DNA of 64,000 nt from Candidatus Latescibacterota bacterium (GTDB lineage Bacteria; Krumholzibacteriota; Krumholzibacteriia; WVZY01; JAKEHA01). Every line of letters begins with the position of its first letter. The first letter of the stretch is position 1. The notes beneath the pieces are model-generated. The model was not told the DNA's origin. It did no database searches and saw only the letters and a program-made list of their open reading frames with translations. The translations under genes and the position numbers were made by a program. Shown one piece after another: positions 43,106 to 55,172 of this stretch. The DNA is taken from positions 2,496,001-2,560,000 of the forward strand of contig OY970173.1 in assembly GCA_963707635.1 (NCBI GenBank). The letters are read 5' to 3'.

Positions 43106-43430
43106 ACGTATTCCCCCATCGTTGCTGAGAAGGAATGTGAATACGCGAAACCCAATTTATTCACTGCATCGCTTCGCTGGGGCGCAGCGTCGCGTGGACA
43201 TCGGCGGCGAGGAACCTTTCTGAAACGACTCCCACTCCACCTCCTAGTCCGTTTCAGGAACGGGCCGTTCACTACCGTCGGTCGGTCAGGTGTCGGGTTA
43301 CTACTTAACACCAACGGTGGTCGGCTTCAAAGAACGCCGGTACTCGCGCGTCCCAACAAGAGATGAAGTCATGCAAGAGGTCGGGCGGCTGTCCACCCTG
43401 ATATGACCCTCTGCCCCTAGTCCGGAAAGA

Positions 43431-43460
43431 AGGTTACCACAGGTCTTTACCGGGTGTCAA
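43431..43460 (-). promoter_or_regulatory. Sigma-70-type promoter giving a ~320-nt leader to the 1037-aa gene
   Basis: TTGACA-18-TAACCT with a TG extended -10. Confidence 0.62.
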
Positions 43461-43528
43461 CGGGTATATCCAGTCCCGGGTTGGTCGCGTGGGGGCGCGG
43501 GCGCCGATTTGGCGGAAGGCCGCCTCGG

Positions 43529-45706
43529 TCAGGCCGCCGGGGTGGGGCCCTGCTCGACGATGGCGAGGAAGTCGGCGTAGCGGCCAAACAGCGTGTAGAC
43601 CGCCGCCAGCAGGCCGTGGCGGTTGGCGCGGACCGCGGGGTCGTTACAATTGACCAGCACCCGCTCGAAGTAGGCGTCGATGGGGTCGGCCAGCCTGGAC
43701 AGGGCCCGGAGAACGGCCCCGGCGTCCGCCCGCGCCTCGGCCTCGCCGACCTCGTCCAGCGTTGAGCGGGTTCGGGCCAGCACGTCGGCTTCGACCGGGT
43801 CCTGGAACCGCTCCTCCGAAAACGACCCCAGCTCACCCGTCCCCGCCAGCCCGGCGCGGATGTCCTCGAGACTGACGCCGAGCCGGCGCTCTTCCTTCGC
43901 CAGGATGTTCCCCACCCGCCGCACACCGGTCACCAGCCGTTCGAAGCGAGGGTCGCCCCGGAGGGCTGCGATGGCGCGCGCGCGGTAGAGCGCCACCGCG
44001 GGTTGCGCCCATCCCGCCGACATGACCGCCGCCGCCACGTCGAACGGGACCGCGTTCTCCCGAAGAAAGGCTTCCACCCGGGCGCGCAGAAACTCGGCGA
44101 CCTCCGCCCCGATCCGCTGCTCCTGCCAGCGTGCGCGCAGCTGGTCGCGGTCGAGCACCGACCCGTAGCTGCGAGCCGACAATTCGAGGATTTCGTCGAG
44201 ACGCGCGCCCGCGAGCTCGGCGGCAATGCGGACGAGGCCGTTCGCGCTGCGTCGGATCGCGAACGGATCCTGCGAGCCGGTCGGCTTCTGCCCGGAAAGA
44301 AACGACCCCACGATGGTGTCGAACCGGTCCGCGATCCCGAGCACGCGCGCGAGTGTCGTGGCGGGCAGCGCGTCGCCGGCGGCCCGCGGCGCGTAGTGGT
44401 CACGAATCGCGCCCGCCACCGCGGCGTCCTCGCCGGCGGCCCCGGCGTAGTGGGCGCCGATGATGCCCTGGAGCGCGGTGAACTCCTTGCCGTCGCGGAT
44501 CATGGTGCTGGCCAGGTCCGCCTTCGCGAGACGGGCGGCGCGCGCGAGCAGCCGGTCGTCGACCTGCGCGGCGGCGGGCAGGCGCGCGTTCACTTCCCTC
44601 GCCACCTCGAGCACGCGGCGCCATTTCTGACCCACGCTGCCGAGTCCCTCGATGAACACGATCCGGTCCAGCTCGTCGGAGAGCGCTTCGACCCCGCGTT
44701 TCGAGTCCTCGCGCCAGTAGAACTCCGCGTCCTCGAGGCGCGCTCGCAGGACCCGCTCGTTGCCGCGCACCACCTCGGCGGCGCCCTTCACGGGGCCGTC
44801 GGTAAAGGTCACGAAGCGCGGCACCAGCGCTCCGCGCGAATCCGCGAGCGCGACGTAGCGCTGGTGGGCCCGCATCGCCGTCACGATCACCTGCGGCGGG
44901 AGGTCCAGATAGCGGCGGTCGAATTCCCCCACCAGCACGCGCGGGTCTTCGAGCATGAACGCGAGCTCGGTCAGGAGGTCGTCGTCTTCTATTACGTCGA
45001 GCCGGTTCGCCGCGGCCGCGCGCCGCGCCAGCGCGCCGATGCGGCTCCGGCGCTCGTCGTGGTCCAGGACCACGCCCAGCGATTTCACGCGCGAAACATA
45101 CGCGCGCGCATCCGGGATCGACAGCCGCTCGTCGCGCATCCACGGGCGGGCGCAGGTCACGCGCCCGCTGGCGACCCCCCCGAACGAGAACGGGACCACC
45201 TCCGCGCCATACAATGCCACGATCCATCGTACCGGGCGCGCGAAGCGCGCGCCCCCCGCCTCCCATTTCATGCTCTTAGGGAATTTGAGATTCGCGATCA
45301 ACGCCGGCAGTTCCTCGCGCAGCACCGCCGCGGTCTTCCTGCGGGCGAGTTGCCGGCGCACGGCGAGGTACTCGCCGCGGGGCGTGGTCACCCGCTGGAG
45401 TGAGGCGACCTCGACCCCCTGCGCGCGGGCGAATCCCTCCGCTGCCGGCGCGGGGCGGCCGTCCTCGAGAAACGCCTTGGAAACCGGGGGGCCGGTGGCC
45501 ACTTCCTCGCCCTCCGCCTGCCGGTCGGCGACGCCGCGCGCCAGCAGCACCAGCCGCCGGGGCGTGCCCGTAGTGTACAGTTCACTATGAACAATCCGCC
45601 CGCGCGCCAGCAACGCGGACGCGTCGGCGGCGAGCTGAGCGATCGCCGGCGATACGTACGACGCGGGGAGGTTCTCGGCGCCGACTTCCAGCACGAACTC
45701 GCTCAC
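43529..45706 (-). CDS. glyS: Glycine-tRNA ligase beta subunit
   Basis: [40 protein letters not shown] and [13 protein letters not shown] start overlaps the glyQ stop. Confidence 0.95.
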   Translation of the reverse strand: MSEFVLEVGAENLPASYVSPAIAQLAADASALLARGRIVHSELYTTGTPRRLVLLARGVADRQAEGEEVATGPPVSKAFLEDGRPAPAAEGFARAQGVEVASLQRVTTPRGEYLAVRRQLARRKTAAVLREELPALIANLKFPKSMKWEAGGARFARPVRWIVALYGAEVVPFSFGGVASGRVTCARPWMRDERLSIPDARAYVSRVKSLGVVLDHDERRSRIGALARRAAAANRLDVIEDDDLLTELAFMLEDPRVLVGEFDRRYLDLPPQVIVTAMRAHQRYVALADSRGALVPRFVTFTDGPVKGAAEVVRGNERVLRARLEDAEFYWREDSKRGVEALSDELDRIVFIEGLGSVGQKWRRVLEVAREVNARLPAAAQVDDRLLARAARLAKADLASTMIRDGKEFTALQGIIGAHYAGAAGEDAAVAGAIRDHYAPRAAGDALPATTLARVLGIADRFDTIVGSFLSGQKPTGSQDPFAIRRSANGLVRIAAELAGARLDEILELSARSYGSVLDRDQLRARWQEQRIGAEVAEFLRARVEAFLRENAVPFDVAAAVMSAGWAQPAVALYRARAIAALRGDPRFERLVTGVRRVGNILAKEERRLGVSLEDIRAGLAGTGELGSFSEERFQDPVEADVLARTRSTLDEVGEAEARADAGAVLRALSRLADPIDAYFERVLVNCNDPAVRANRHGLLAAVYTLFGRYADFLAIVEQGPTPAA

Positions 45707-46680
45707 GCGCGCCTCTTCCCCGGTCGGCGCGGCGGCGCGGCCGCGCGAAAGGCCTTGGCCCCGGCGCGCGCGAGCAGCGGAAACCCGAGCGCCTCTCGCT
45801 TCTCGACGTACGCCACCGCGACCTTGCGCGCGAGCGCGCGGATGCGTCCGATGTAGGTGGTGCGCTCGGTGACGCTGATGGCACCGCGGGCGTCGAGCAG
45901 GTTGAACACGTGGGAGAGTTTCACCACGTAATCGTACGCGGGCAGCACCAGCCTCGCGGCGAGCATCGTCCCCGCTTCGCGCTCGTAGTCCTGGAACAGA
46001 CGGAAGTACATCTCCGCGTTGGCCCGCTCGAAGTGAAACGCGGAGAACTCCTGCTCGGCCTGGAGATTCATCTCGCCCCACGAGACCCCGGGCGCCCACT
46101 CCACCTCCAGCACCGAGTCGACCCGCTGCAGGTACAGGCACAGGCGCAAGAGCCCGTACGTGATCTCGGCCGTGACCGGTTCGAGCTCGAGCGAGCCCGC
46201 CTGCTGGAAGTACGTGAACTGCGTGATCTCCATCCCGTCCATCCAGATTTCCCACCCGAGTCCCGACGCCCCGAGCGTGGGCGCCTCCCAGTCGTCCTCC
46301 ACCAGGCGGATGTCGTGGCGGCCGGGGTCGATGCCGATGGCGCGCAGACTTTCAATGTAGAGCGCGAGCACGTCGTCCGGCGGCGGCTTGAGCACGACCT
46401 GGTACTGGAGGAACTGCTGCACGCGATTCGGATTCTCTCCGTAGCGACCGTCGCGCGGTCGCTTCGAGGGCTCGACGTACGCCGCGCGCCAGGGCTCCGG
46501 GCCCAGGACGCGCAGGAAGGTGGCGGGGTTTAAGGTGCCGGCGCCGACCTCGGAGTTGTACGGCTGCACCAGCACGCACCCCTGCCGCGCCCAGAATTCG
46601 CCGAGGCGGGCGATGATCTCCTGCTTGGTGGGAGCCGACGCCGGCGCGGGCGTCGGGCGTTTGCGTGCACGCGGGGTCAA
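45703..46680 (-). CDS. glyQ: Glycine-tRNA ligase alpha subunit
   Basis: [24 protein letters not shown] and [12 protein letters not shown]. Confidence 0.97.
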   Translation of the reverse strand: MTPRARKRPTPAPASAPTKQEIIARLGEFWARQGCVLVQPYNSEVGAGTLNPATFLRVLGPEPWRAAYVEPSKRPRDGRYGENPNRVQQFLQYQVVLKPPPDDVLALYIESLRAIGIDPGRHDIRLVEDDWEAPTLGASGLGWEIWMDGMEITQFTYFQQAGSLELEPVTAEITYGLLRLCLYLQRVDSVLEVEWAPGVSWGEMNLQAEQEFSAFHFERANAEMYFRLFQDYEREAGTMLAARLVLPAYDYVVKLSHVFNLLDARGAISVTERTTYIGRIRALARKVAVAYVEKREALGFPLLARAGAKAFRAAAPPRRPGKRRA

Positions 46681-46729
46681 CGAGGTCCTTTCGGGAGTCG
46701 GCCCGTCGCGCGACGCGCGACGATCACGT

Positions 46730-47464
46730 TCATATGAGGCTCAACGAGCGGGGCAGGTGGTACCCCTGGACGTGGTACGTATAGGTCCAGTGCACGAGCC
46801 TGCCCAGCTCCTTTCGCACGCCCTTGGAGACGGCCTCGCCGGCGATCGCCGGGTAGGACGCGGTCGCGCACCGCGCCGCCGCGGAGACCACGTCGGCGGT
46901 CAGCGAGACCGACTCCGCCATCGGCGCGCGGTGCTCGGCGCAGAAACTCACTCCGTCGCGCGGGCTGTACAACCCGTCTTCCGGCGCCGCGCCGCAGTGC
47001 ACGCACGCCACCGTGTCGGGGGAGAGGCCGAGTGCCGCGAGGAGTTTGATCGCGAACGCGAGAAACACGAGCATCGGGTCCGCCCCCTTCGCCGCCGACA
47101 GGAATTCCGACGCGGTGTCCACGACCGCGTCGTCGAGGCTGGCGCCGGGCACGCACACCTGGTTGAGCAGTTCGAGCGCGGCCAGGTTCGCGGCCAGGTC
47201 CGGCAGCGAATCGCGCTCCACCGGCGACTTCCCCAGCAGCGACGCCTCCTTGAGATAGTGCGTCGCCTGCCCGTCGCGGTGGTAGCACACGATTTCGATC
47301 TCGTTGCCGGGCTCGAGCACCCCGCGCGTCGGGTGCTTCGTGCTCATGGCACCCTTGGCCAGCAGCCGGACCTTGCCGCTGCGGCGCCCCAGGAAGAGGA
47401 CCGTGAGACTCGTCTCTCCCGTGCGCCCGGTGGCGAGCACGATGCCGCTGTCCTTGATCAGCAT
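46730..47464 (-). CDS. recO: DNA repair protein RecO
   Basis: N-terminal OB fold (GIVL...[10 protein letters not shown]), CVHCG zinc motif, and synteny with glyQS. Confidence 0.9.
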   Translation of the reverse strand: MLIKDSGIVLATGRTGETSLTVLFLGRRSGKVRLLAKGAMSTKHPTRGVLEPGNEIEIVCYHRDGQATHYLKEASLLGKSPVERDSLPDLAANLAALELLNQVCVPGASLDDAVVDTASEFLSAAKGADPMLVFLAFAIKLLAALGLSPDTVACVHCGAAPEDGLYSPRDGVSFCAEHRAPMAESVSLTADVVSAAARCATASYPAIAGEAVSKGVRKELGRLVHWTYTYHVQGYHLPRSLSLI

Positions 47465-47474
47465 AGGCCTCTCC

Positions 47475-48824
47475 TCAGTGGCTCCTAAGATAGGCCGACG
47501 CCAGCGAAAGGTAAATGGCCATCCCGATCACGTCGTTCGACACGGTGATGAACGGGCCGGTGGCGACGGCCGGGTCCACTTTCCACCGCTGCAGGAGGAG
47601 CGGCACCGACGACCCGATCAACGACGCGACCAGGATGGTCAGCATGAGCGACCCCCACAAGAGCGCGCCCAGCGCGGCGTCGCGACGCCACGCGTACACG
47701 AATGCGAACAGGAGCAGCCCCAGCGCGGTCCCGTTCAGAAACGCGACCTGCATCTCCTTGAGAACCCGCCGCCCGATGCGCAGGATGTTCGCCTGCCCGA
47801 GCGCGATCTCGCGCACCGCCACGATGGCCGCCTGCATGCCGTGGTTGCCGGCGGTGGCCACGATCAACGGGATGAAGAACGCGAGCACGACGTAGGTGGT
47901 CAGCGGCGCCTCGTAGCGGCTCATGATGAAGGCCCCCACCATTTCGCCGAAGAACCCCATGACCAGCCACGGCAGCCGGGTGCGCGACACCTTGAGAAAC
48001 GACGTCGCGCCGAACTCCTGGTCGCTGGTCCCCGCGATGCGGGTGATGTCCTCGGTCGCCTCCTCCTCGATGACATCGATGATGTCGTCCATGGTAATGC
48101 GCCCGACCAGCCGGTTCTCGGAATCGACCACCGGCATGATGAACTCGTCGTACTTCGAGAACATCGCCGCCACCCGCTCCTGGTCCATGTCGACGGGGAC
48201 GCTGACCACGTTGCGCTCCATCACGTCGCGCACGCGCGCGGCCGGGGAGCGCAGCACCAGGTCCAGGATCCCGAGGAACCCCACCAGCTGGCCGGACTCG
48301 TTGACCACGAAGACGCGCTGCGGGCTCTCGACCTCCGCCGCCACCGCGCGCACCACGCCGATGGCGTCCTGGACGGTCGCGTCCTCGCGCACCGACACGC
48401 GCTCGACCTGCATGAGTCCGCCCGCCGTGTCGGCGCCGAACTCGAGCAGCTCGTGGATCTCGGCGCGATCGCCGCTGGGGAGGAGTGCTTCGACCCGCTC
48501 GGTCTTCTCGGGCGACAGCGTGGACATCAGGTCCGCCGCGTCGTCGGACGGGAGCTCTTCGAGCAGCGAAACGACCTCGCGGTCGCTCAACTGCTGGAGC
48601 AGTGCGTGGCCGGCCTTCCCGTCGAGTTCGGTGAGCACCTCCGCGGCGCGCTGGGTGTGCAGCCGTTTCAGCACGAGGATCTGCCGCTCGGGCTCGAGCT
48701 CCTGCAGGATGTCGGCGATGTCGGCGGAATGCAGGGGAGCGAGAAACGCGTCGAGCCCGGCCAGGTCGCCGGAATCGATCAGCGCGCGCGCGCGGCCGAC
48801 GTCCTCGATGCGTGTCCGTTCCAT
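47475..48824 (-). CDS. mgtE: Magnesium transporter MgtE
   Basis: MgtE-N, CBS pair, RLPWL, GNHG.Q and DPAVATGPFITVSND. Confidence 0.95.
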   Translation of the reverse strand: MERTRIEDVGRARALIDSGDLAGLDAFLAPLHSADIADILQELEPERQILVLKRLHTQRAAEVLTELDGKAGHALLQQLSDREVVSLLEELPSDDAADLMSTLSPEKTERVEALLPSGDRAEIHELLEFGADTAGGLMQVERVSVREDATVQDAIGVVRAVAAEVESPQRVFVVNESGQLVGFLGILDLVLRSPAARVRDVMERNVVSVPVDMDQERVAAMFSKYDEFIMPVVDSENRLVGRITMDDIIDVIEEEATEDITRIAGTSDQEFGATSFLKVSRTRLPWLVMGFFGEMVGAFIMSRYEAPLTTYVVLAFFIPLIVATAGNHGMQAAIVAVREIALGQANILRIGRRVLKEMQVAFLNGTALGLLLFAFVYAWRRDAALGALLWGSLMLTILVASLIGSSVPLLLQRWKVDPAVATGPFITVSNDVIGMAIYLSLASAYLRSH

Positions 48825-48832
48825 AGGGCGGC

Positions 48833-48862
48833 ATCGTAGGAGAGGGTGTGAACTCGTGGCAA
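48833..48862 (-). promoter_or_regulatory. Sigma-70-type promoter directly upstream of mgtE
   Basis: TTGCCA-18-TACGAT, 8 nt before the ATG. Confidence 0.55.
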
Positions 48863-48929
48863 GCGGGAGTTGGTCGAGCGCGGCGAACCGGCGAGATTCT
48901 CCGTCGCCGGGCGCGCGCGGCCGGCGGCG

Positions 48930-50189
48930 TCAGGCGTCTTCGCGGGTGACCGGCTCGGTGGAGGCCAGCCCCCGCACCAGCACGCGCACGATGCGCTGGC
49001 GCTCGACGGACTGGATCTCGAACCCCACCGGCCCCTCCATCCAGCGGTCGCCCACGCGCGGCACGCGCCCGATCTGGTGGTAGAGCAGTCCGGCCAGCGT
49101 GTCCGCCACGTCTTCGGCCAGCGAGAGACCGAGCACGTCGTTGAGTTCCTCGATGCGGACCCGTCCGCTGACCACGGCGGTGTCGCGGTCGAGGCGGCGC
49201 ACCAGTTCCTCTTCCGAGTCGAACTCGTCGCGGATGTCGCCCACCAGTTCCTCGATGACGTCCTCGAGCGTGATGATGCCCGCCGTGCCCCCGTACTCGT
49301 CGACGACGATGGCGAGGTGCTGGCGCCGGACCTTGAACTCGGTGAGGAGGTCGGTGATGCGCTTGCTCTCCGGCACGAAGAACGCCTCGCGCGCGAGCGT
49401 GCGGATCGAGAAGTCCTCGCCTCCGAGCACCTTCACCAGCAGGTCCTGCGTGTGCAGGGTGCCGATGATGCGGTCGATCGATCGTTCGTACACGGGGATG
49501 CGCGAATGCCCCGCCTCCATGATCACGGACAGGGCGTCTTCGCGCTCCATCGCGACGTCGAGGGCGACGATGTCGATGCGCGGGATCATGACCTCGCGCA
49601 CGCGGGTCTCGCCGAAGTCGGCGATGCTGGAGATGATGCGGTGTTCGGCGTCTTCGACCACCTCGCCGCCCCGCCCCGGCCGGGTCCCGAGCAGGCTGAT
49701 CTTTTCCGCGAGCGGAATCACCTCGAACGCGAACAGCCGCGGCAGCGCGGGCGACGCGCGGCCGAGCAGCTTCGTCGCCGCCACCGCCAGCGGGCGCAGC
49801 GCATACACGGTGGGGATGACGAGGAAGCCGACCGCGCGCAGCAGCGTTTCCGCGCCTTCCAGGGCGAGGGCGCGGGCGGCGAACCCGGGCAGCAGGATCG
49901 AGGCCGCCGCGAATACTCCGGAACCCAGCGCGCCGGCGTCGTGCACCAGCGCCACCGCCGAGACCACCACCAGCAGCACGGCCAGCGCGCGCCCGATCCC
50001 CAGCGCCACCCCGGTGTGCACCGGGTCTCCGATCGCTCGCGCGGCCAGCCAGTCCACGCCCGCGCCATCGTCGTGCTCGGGGCCGCGAACCGACAGCACG
50101 CCCAGCGCGGTGAGCGCCGCGCAATACGCGGAGAGGAAGACCACCGACGTCGCGTACAGGATGACTATCAGACCGGCGTCCATGCCCAT
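48930..50189 (-). CDS. Hemolysin/CorC (CNNM-CBS-CorC_HlyC) transporter
   Basis: VREVMIPR, GHSRIPVY, AIVVDEYGGTAGIITLEDVIEELVG and DTLAG. Confidence 0.92.
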   Translation of the reverse strand: MGMDAGLIVILYATSVVFLSAYCAALTALGVLSVRGPEHDDGAGVDWLAARAIGDPVHTGVALGIGRALAVLLVVVSAVALVHDAGALGSGVFAAASILLPGFAARALALEGAETLLRAVGFLVIPTVYALRPLAVAATKLLGRASPALPRLFAFEVIPLAEKISLLGTRPGRGGEVVEDAEHRIISSIADFGETRVREVMIPRIDIVALDVAMEREDALSVIMEAGHSRIPVYERSIDRIIGTLHTQDLLVKVLGGEDFSIRTLAREAFFVPESKRITDLLTEFKVRRQHLAIVVDEYGGTAGIITLEDVIEELVGDIRDEFDSEEELVRRLDRDTAVVSGRVRIEELNDVLGLSLAEDVADTLAGLLYHQIGRVPRVGDRWMEGPVGFEIQSVERQRIVRVLVRGLASTEPVTREDA

Positions 50190-50190
50190 T

Positions 50191-50661
50191 TCATCGTCCC
50201 GGGAACAACTCGCGCCACACGCGCGCGGGAAGAATCTGTTTGAGAACGAATCGCTCGCGGCGCTCCATGCGCGCCGCGCCGGCGTCGTCTTCGTGGTCGT
50301 ACCCCAGCACGTGCAGGAATCCGTGCACGACGATGCGCACTGCGAGGTCGCGCGTCTCCACCCCCAGCCGGCTGGCGTCGCGCGCGAGCGTCTGGTGCGA
50401 CACCACCACGTCGCCGATCGCTTCCGCGGCTTTCACCCGCCTGCCGTGCGTCCGGTAGGAAAACGACAGGACGTCGGTGGGCCGGTCTTTGCCCCGATAG
50501 CGGCGGTTGAGCCGGCGGATCGTGCGGTCGTCCACGATCATTACATTAATGGACGCCTCCGCGGGCGGGAGCAATGCCGCCGCCCGGCGCACGCGCGCCT
50601 TCCACGCGCGATCGATCCACCCTGGCGCGCGGCCGTCAGCCCGATTCAGCCAGACTCTCAC
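50191..50661 (-). CDS. ybeY: rRNA maturation endoribonuclease YbeY
   Basis: LNRRYRGKDRPTDVLSF and HGFLHVLGYDH. Confidence 0.95.
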   Translation of the reverse strand: MRVWLNRADGRAPGWIDRAWKARVRRAAALLPPAEASINVMIVDDRTIRRLNRRYRGKDRPTDVLSFSYRTHGRRVKAAEAIGDVVVSHQTLARDASRLGVETRDLAVRIVVHGFLHVLGYDHEDDAGAARMERRERFVLKQILPARVWRELFPGR

Positions 50662-52881
50662 GAATCGTCCTGTCGTCGTCGCGGGGCGGGGCCTCCTGCC
50701 CGGGGTAGGCCACGCGTCGGTGGTAGACGCTGGTCAGCATCGAAATCAGACGCTCGCGCACCACGCCGAGCTCGTGCAGCGTGATGCCGCTGTCGTCCAG
50801 CTCGCCCTCCGCCGCGCGCGCGTCGACCAGGCGCGCCACCATCGCGCGAATCTGCGCCGGCGTCGGGTCCCGCAGCGAGCGCACCGCCGCCTCCACGGTA
50901 TCGGCGCACATCAGGATCGCCGCCTCGCGCGAGCGCGGCCGCGGACCCGGGTAGCGAAAGTCGTCGCGGTTGACGCTGGTGTGCGAATCGGTCTCGAGCG
51001 CCTTCTGGTAGAAGTACGCCATCACGGTGGTGCCGTGGTGCTCGCGGATTCCTTCTACGATCACCTCCGGCAGCTTCTCCTGGCGCGCGAGCTCGACGCC
51101 GTCCTTGACGTGCGAAACCAGGATCAAGGCGCTCATCTGCGCGGTGATCTTCTCGTGCTTGTTGAACCCGGGCTCCTGATTCTCCGCGAAGTACTCGGGC
51201 TTGAAGATCTTTCCGATGTCGTGATAGTACGCCATCACGCGCGCGCGCAGCGCGTCGGCACCGATCTCGGTGGCGATGGCATCCACCAGGTTGCCCAGCA
51301 GCATGGAATGGTGGTAGGTGCCCTGCGCCTCCATGTTGAGGCGCTTCAGGATCGGCTTGTTGAGGTCGGTCAACTCGAGCAGCGTGAAGCGGGAGGTGCG
51401 GTTGAAGACCTGCTCGAACACCGGCAGCAGGAACACGGTTGCCACCGCGGTGAAGAGCCCGTTGACCGCTCCCCAGAAGGTCTGCGCCGGGATGGCGTGC
51501 CAGCCCGCGCGCGACCCGCCCTCGACCGCGACCGCGCCGAGCGCGTACGCGCCGGCCACGAACAGGAACACGGAATACCCCCGGCTGCGCGCGCGCATGC
51601 GCTCGATGCCCGCCACCCCCGCCGTGCCCGCGACCCAGGCGACGAACGCCGGGCCGACGCCGATCGGGGTGGCCAGCGGGAGCAGCGCGGCCGCGAACGC
51701 GCTGGTCGCCAGCCCCACGCGGAAATCGAACAGCGCCGCCAGCATCACCGCCGCGAAGGCAACCGGCGCCAGGTAGGCGCTCCACCCGAAGCGAACCAGC
51801 ACCGCCACCACCGCGAGGTACACGAGCAGGACCGCGAACACCGCCGCCAGGTGCGACAAACTGGCGTAGACCGGGCGATTGAAAACCGCCAGGTAGACAC
51901 CGAACAAGAGGCACAGCAGTCCCACGCGCAACGCCTGCGCGGCGAACACGCCCGCCACCGCCTGCGGCGAGCGGTCGGGGCCGCGCGCGGCCCGCGCCTC
52001 CTCCAGCGCGCGCAGCGCGGCTTCCTGCTCCCGGGTGACGCGCTCGTTCTGCGCGACCAGGCGCTCGCCGCCCGCCACTTCGAAGTACGTCTTCACCGCG
52101 GCGGACGCGGCCTCGCGCCGGTGATTGGTCTCGTCGACGTCGAAGACCAGGTTCGGGAGCACGTGCCCGCGCACCAGCTCGAAGAAGACCCTCCCCCGCG
52201 CGGATGCGTCGGCGAAGCGCGCGCGCGCCTCGGCACGCACCGTCTCGTCGAGCTGGCGCTGGTCGACCACGTCGGCCGCGCGCCGCCGCTGCTCGCCACC
52301 GCTTTCGACCACGACGATGTCGCGGAAATCGTTGCGCCGCAGCACCGAGGCGTTGTCGACCACGCCGCGCGCGAACAGGTCGCGCTGGCACTCACGAATC
52401 TCCGAGCGCATCGCCGAGAAGCCGTCGGGCGAGAGGGCGACCCGGAGCTGGTCGCGCGAAATCCCCGGGAGCCACGGCGCTGCGCGCTCGGCCCGCGCGT
52501 CGTCGTCGAGGCCGCGCGCGTACACCGCGGCCGAGACCGTGTCGAGCAGCGCGGCGAGGTCGGCCGCGAGGTCGCGCTCGACGTCGCGGCGACGCTGGAA
52601 CACCGGGGACACCGACAGGGCCGCGCGCGCCCTGGCGACTTGCAGCTCGTCGCGCGAGAGCGGGACTCGAAACGAGTGGGGGGCGACGACGTCGCGATCG
52701 GCCACCTCGCCCGCGTGGAAGCCGGGTGAGACGCGCCCGCGCACCGGGGGGAGCAGGACGACCACCATCAGCGTGAACGCCAGCGCCAGCAGCACGCGCG
52801 CCCCGGCGGCCCGGCGGCGCCCCGCGCCGTCGCCCGCGGCGACGTGGTTGCGGACCCGGAGCAGGCGGGTGAGCGGGTTGT

Positions 52882-52885
<4 letters not shown>
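50636..52885 (-). CDS. 7TM-HD phosphohydrolase (PgpH/YqfF-like, putative c-di-AMP phosphodiesterase)
   Basis: 7TMR-HD extracellular domain, TM region, GTYHHS, YYHDIGK, EHHGT and DFRYPGP.P. Located between phoH and ybeY. Confidence 0.9.
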
Positions 52886-53865
<980 letters not shown>

Positions 53866-53954
53866 TCGTCACGCACCTCCTGTCGCCAAACCGCTTCGGT
53901 CCACGACCGACCAGCCTTCGACCATGGACCCCTTCCCCGGGGGAGCGGTGTCAA

Positions 53955-53984
53955 AATATAGGCCAGAAAGCGCGCCCGCGCCAA
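53955..53984 (-). promoter_or_regulatory. Sigma-70-type promoter of the phoH operon
   Basis: TTGGCG-18-TATATT. Confidence 0.45.
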
Positions 53985-53988
53985 GCAG

Positions 53989-54684
53989 CTAGCGCGGGAT
54001 GGTGAGCACGATCCCGGGCTCCAGGTTGGTCGGGTCCTGGACCTTGTCCTTGTTGGCCTCGTAGAGGCGCACCCACGCGGCCGGATCGCCGTACACTTCC
54101 CAGTAACCGGCGATCGTCTCCAGCGTTTCGAAGGGCAGGACCACGTGCTCGGAAGGCAGCTCGCGCGGAATCGCCAGCGTCATGTTGGGATAGATCCAGA
54201 CCGGGTCTTCGATCTTGTCGAGGTTGGCCCGGTAAATTCGTGGCCACTTGGTCCAGTCGGCGTAGATCTCGTCGCGCTCCGCGATGATCGAAAGACAGTC
54301 GAGTTCCTTGACCGTGTATTCCTTGGGCAGCTGCTCGAGCGCGTTGACCTGCTGCGTCAGCGTCCGGATCTCGGCGTCCGTGCGCAGGACCTCTTTCTCC
54401 ACCGGCGTGATCTGATTGCGCAGCGATTCGACCTGCTTGCGCGCCTCCACCAGCTCCGCCTGCCTCGCCTCGACGTCGCCCTGGATCCGGTTGCGCTCGG
54501 TCTCCAGCGCCCGGCAGTACGCCGATTTCTCCGAATTGGACAGCGCCGTGAACTCGTCTTCCGAGTAGTACTCGCCCGCCTTCACGTCGACGGTGCGCCC
54601 CGTGGTCTTGCTGCAACCGCACAGCCCGGCGAATCCGCCCACGGCGATCGCCCCCACGACGCTCATCTTCGCCACCCGGCGCAT
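53989..54684 (-). CDS. Lipoprotein with coiled coil and two LysM domains
   Basis: Lipobox LCGC. YTVKELDCLSIIA...IY...W..IY.AN...I.DP..IYP...L.IP, present twice. Confidence 0.88.
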   Translation of the reverse strand: MRRVAKMSVVGAIAVGGFAGLCGCSKTTGRTVDVKAGEYYSEDEFTALSNSEKSAYCRALETERNRIQGDVEARQAELVEARKQVESLRNQITPVEKEVLRTDAEIRTLTQQVNALEQLPKEYTVKELDCLSIIAERDEIYADWTKWPRIYRANLDKIEDPVWIYPNMTLAIPRELPSEHVVLPFETLETIAGYWEVYGDPAAWVRLYEANKDKVQDPTNLEPGIVLTIPR

Positions 54685-54687
54685 GGA

Positions 54688-55041
54688 CTACGAGGACTCC
54701 TTCTTCGGGGTGGCCGGCTTCGCCTCGGCGGGCTTCTTTTCGGTGCGGCCGCTGCCCTGCTTGAGTAGCTCGAGACGGCGGCGGAGCTCGTCCGGCCTGG
54801 GTTTCTTCGTCTCCAGGTCGGCCTGCTTGGCGGCCAGGTCGTCGGTCAGACGCTTGACGCGGTCCTGGACCCCGGCCAGGTCCTTCTCGACCACCGTGAG
54901 GTCTTCTTTCAGTTCCTCGATCTCGACCGGCGAGACGTTGCACGGCGCGACCCGGGTGCACCCCAAAAACAGCACCGCCGCCGCACACGCGACAAGCATA
55001 TGGAGCCGAGCGCGAAACTCGTAACGCAGGTTCATATTCAT
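54688..55041 (-). CDS. Small coiled-coil lipoprotein, hypothetical
   Basis: Lipobox-like LFLGC followed by a heptad-rich helix. Start uncertain. Confidence 0.7.
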   Translation of the reverse strand: MNMNLRYEFRARLHMLVACAAAVLFLGCTRVAPCNVSPVEIEELKEDLTVVEKDLAGVQDRVKRLTDDLAAKQADLETKKPRPDELRRRLELLKQGSGRTEKKPAEAKPATPKKESS

Positions 55042-55075
55042 ATGGTGGGGGTTGGAGGAAAACGGGAACCCCGGA

Positions 55076-55105
55076 ACCCTAACAACCTCCAGACGGGACT
55101 GTCAA
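55076..55105 (-). promoter_or_regulatory. Sigma-70-type promoter of the lipoprotein-LysM pair
   Basis: TTGACA-18-TAGGGT with a TG extended -10. Confidence 0.6.
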
Positions 55106-55172
55106 GGGGCGTTCGAATCGCGGGTCCTGTCGCCGACAGCCCGGTGCGGCTCGCTTCGTCCGCGCCTGCGCA

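Noticed and set aside
43106..43430. c-di-GMP, c-di-AMP or T-box riboswitch
   Set aside because: Their conserved sequence motifs were not recognisable by eye. Kept only as an unknown structured leader.
53949..53954. Perfect TTGACA upstream of phoH
   Set aside because: No -10 box at 16-19 bp. The overlapping TATATT fits better as the -10 of an upstream TTGGCG.
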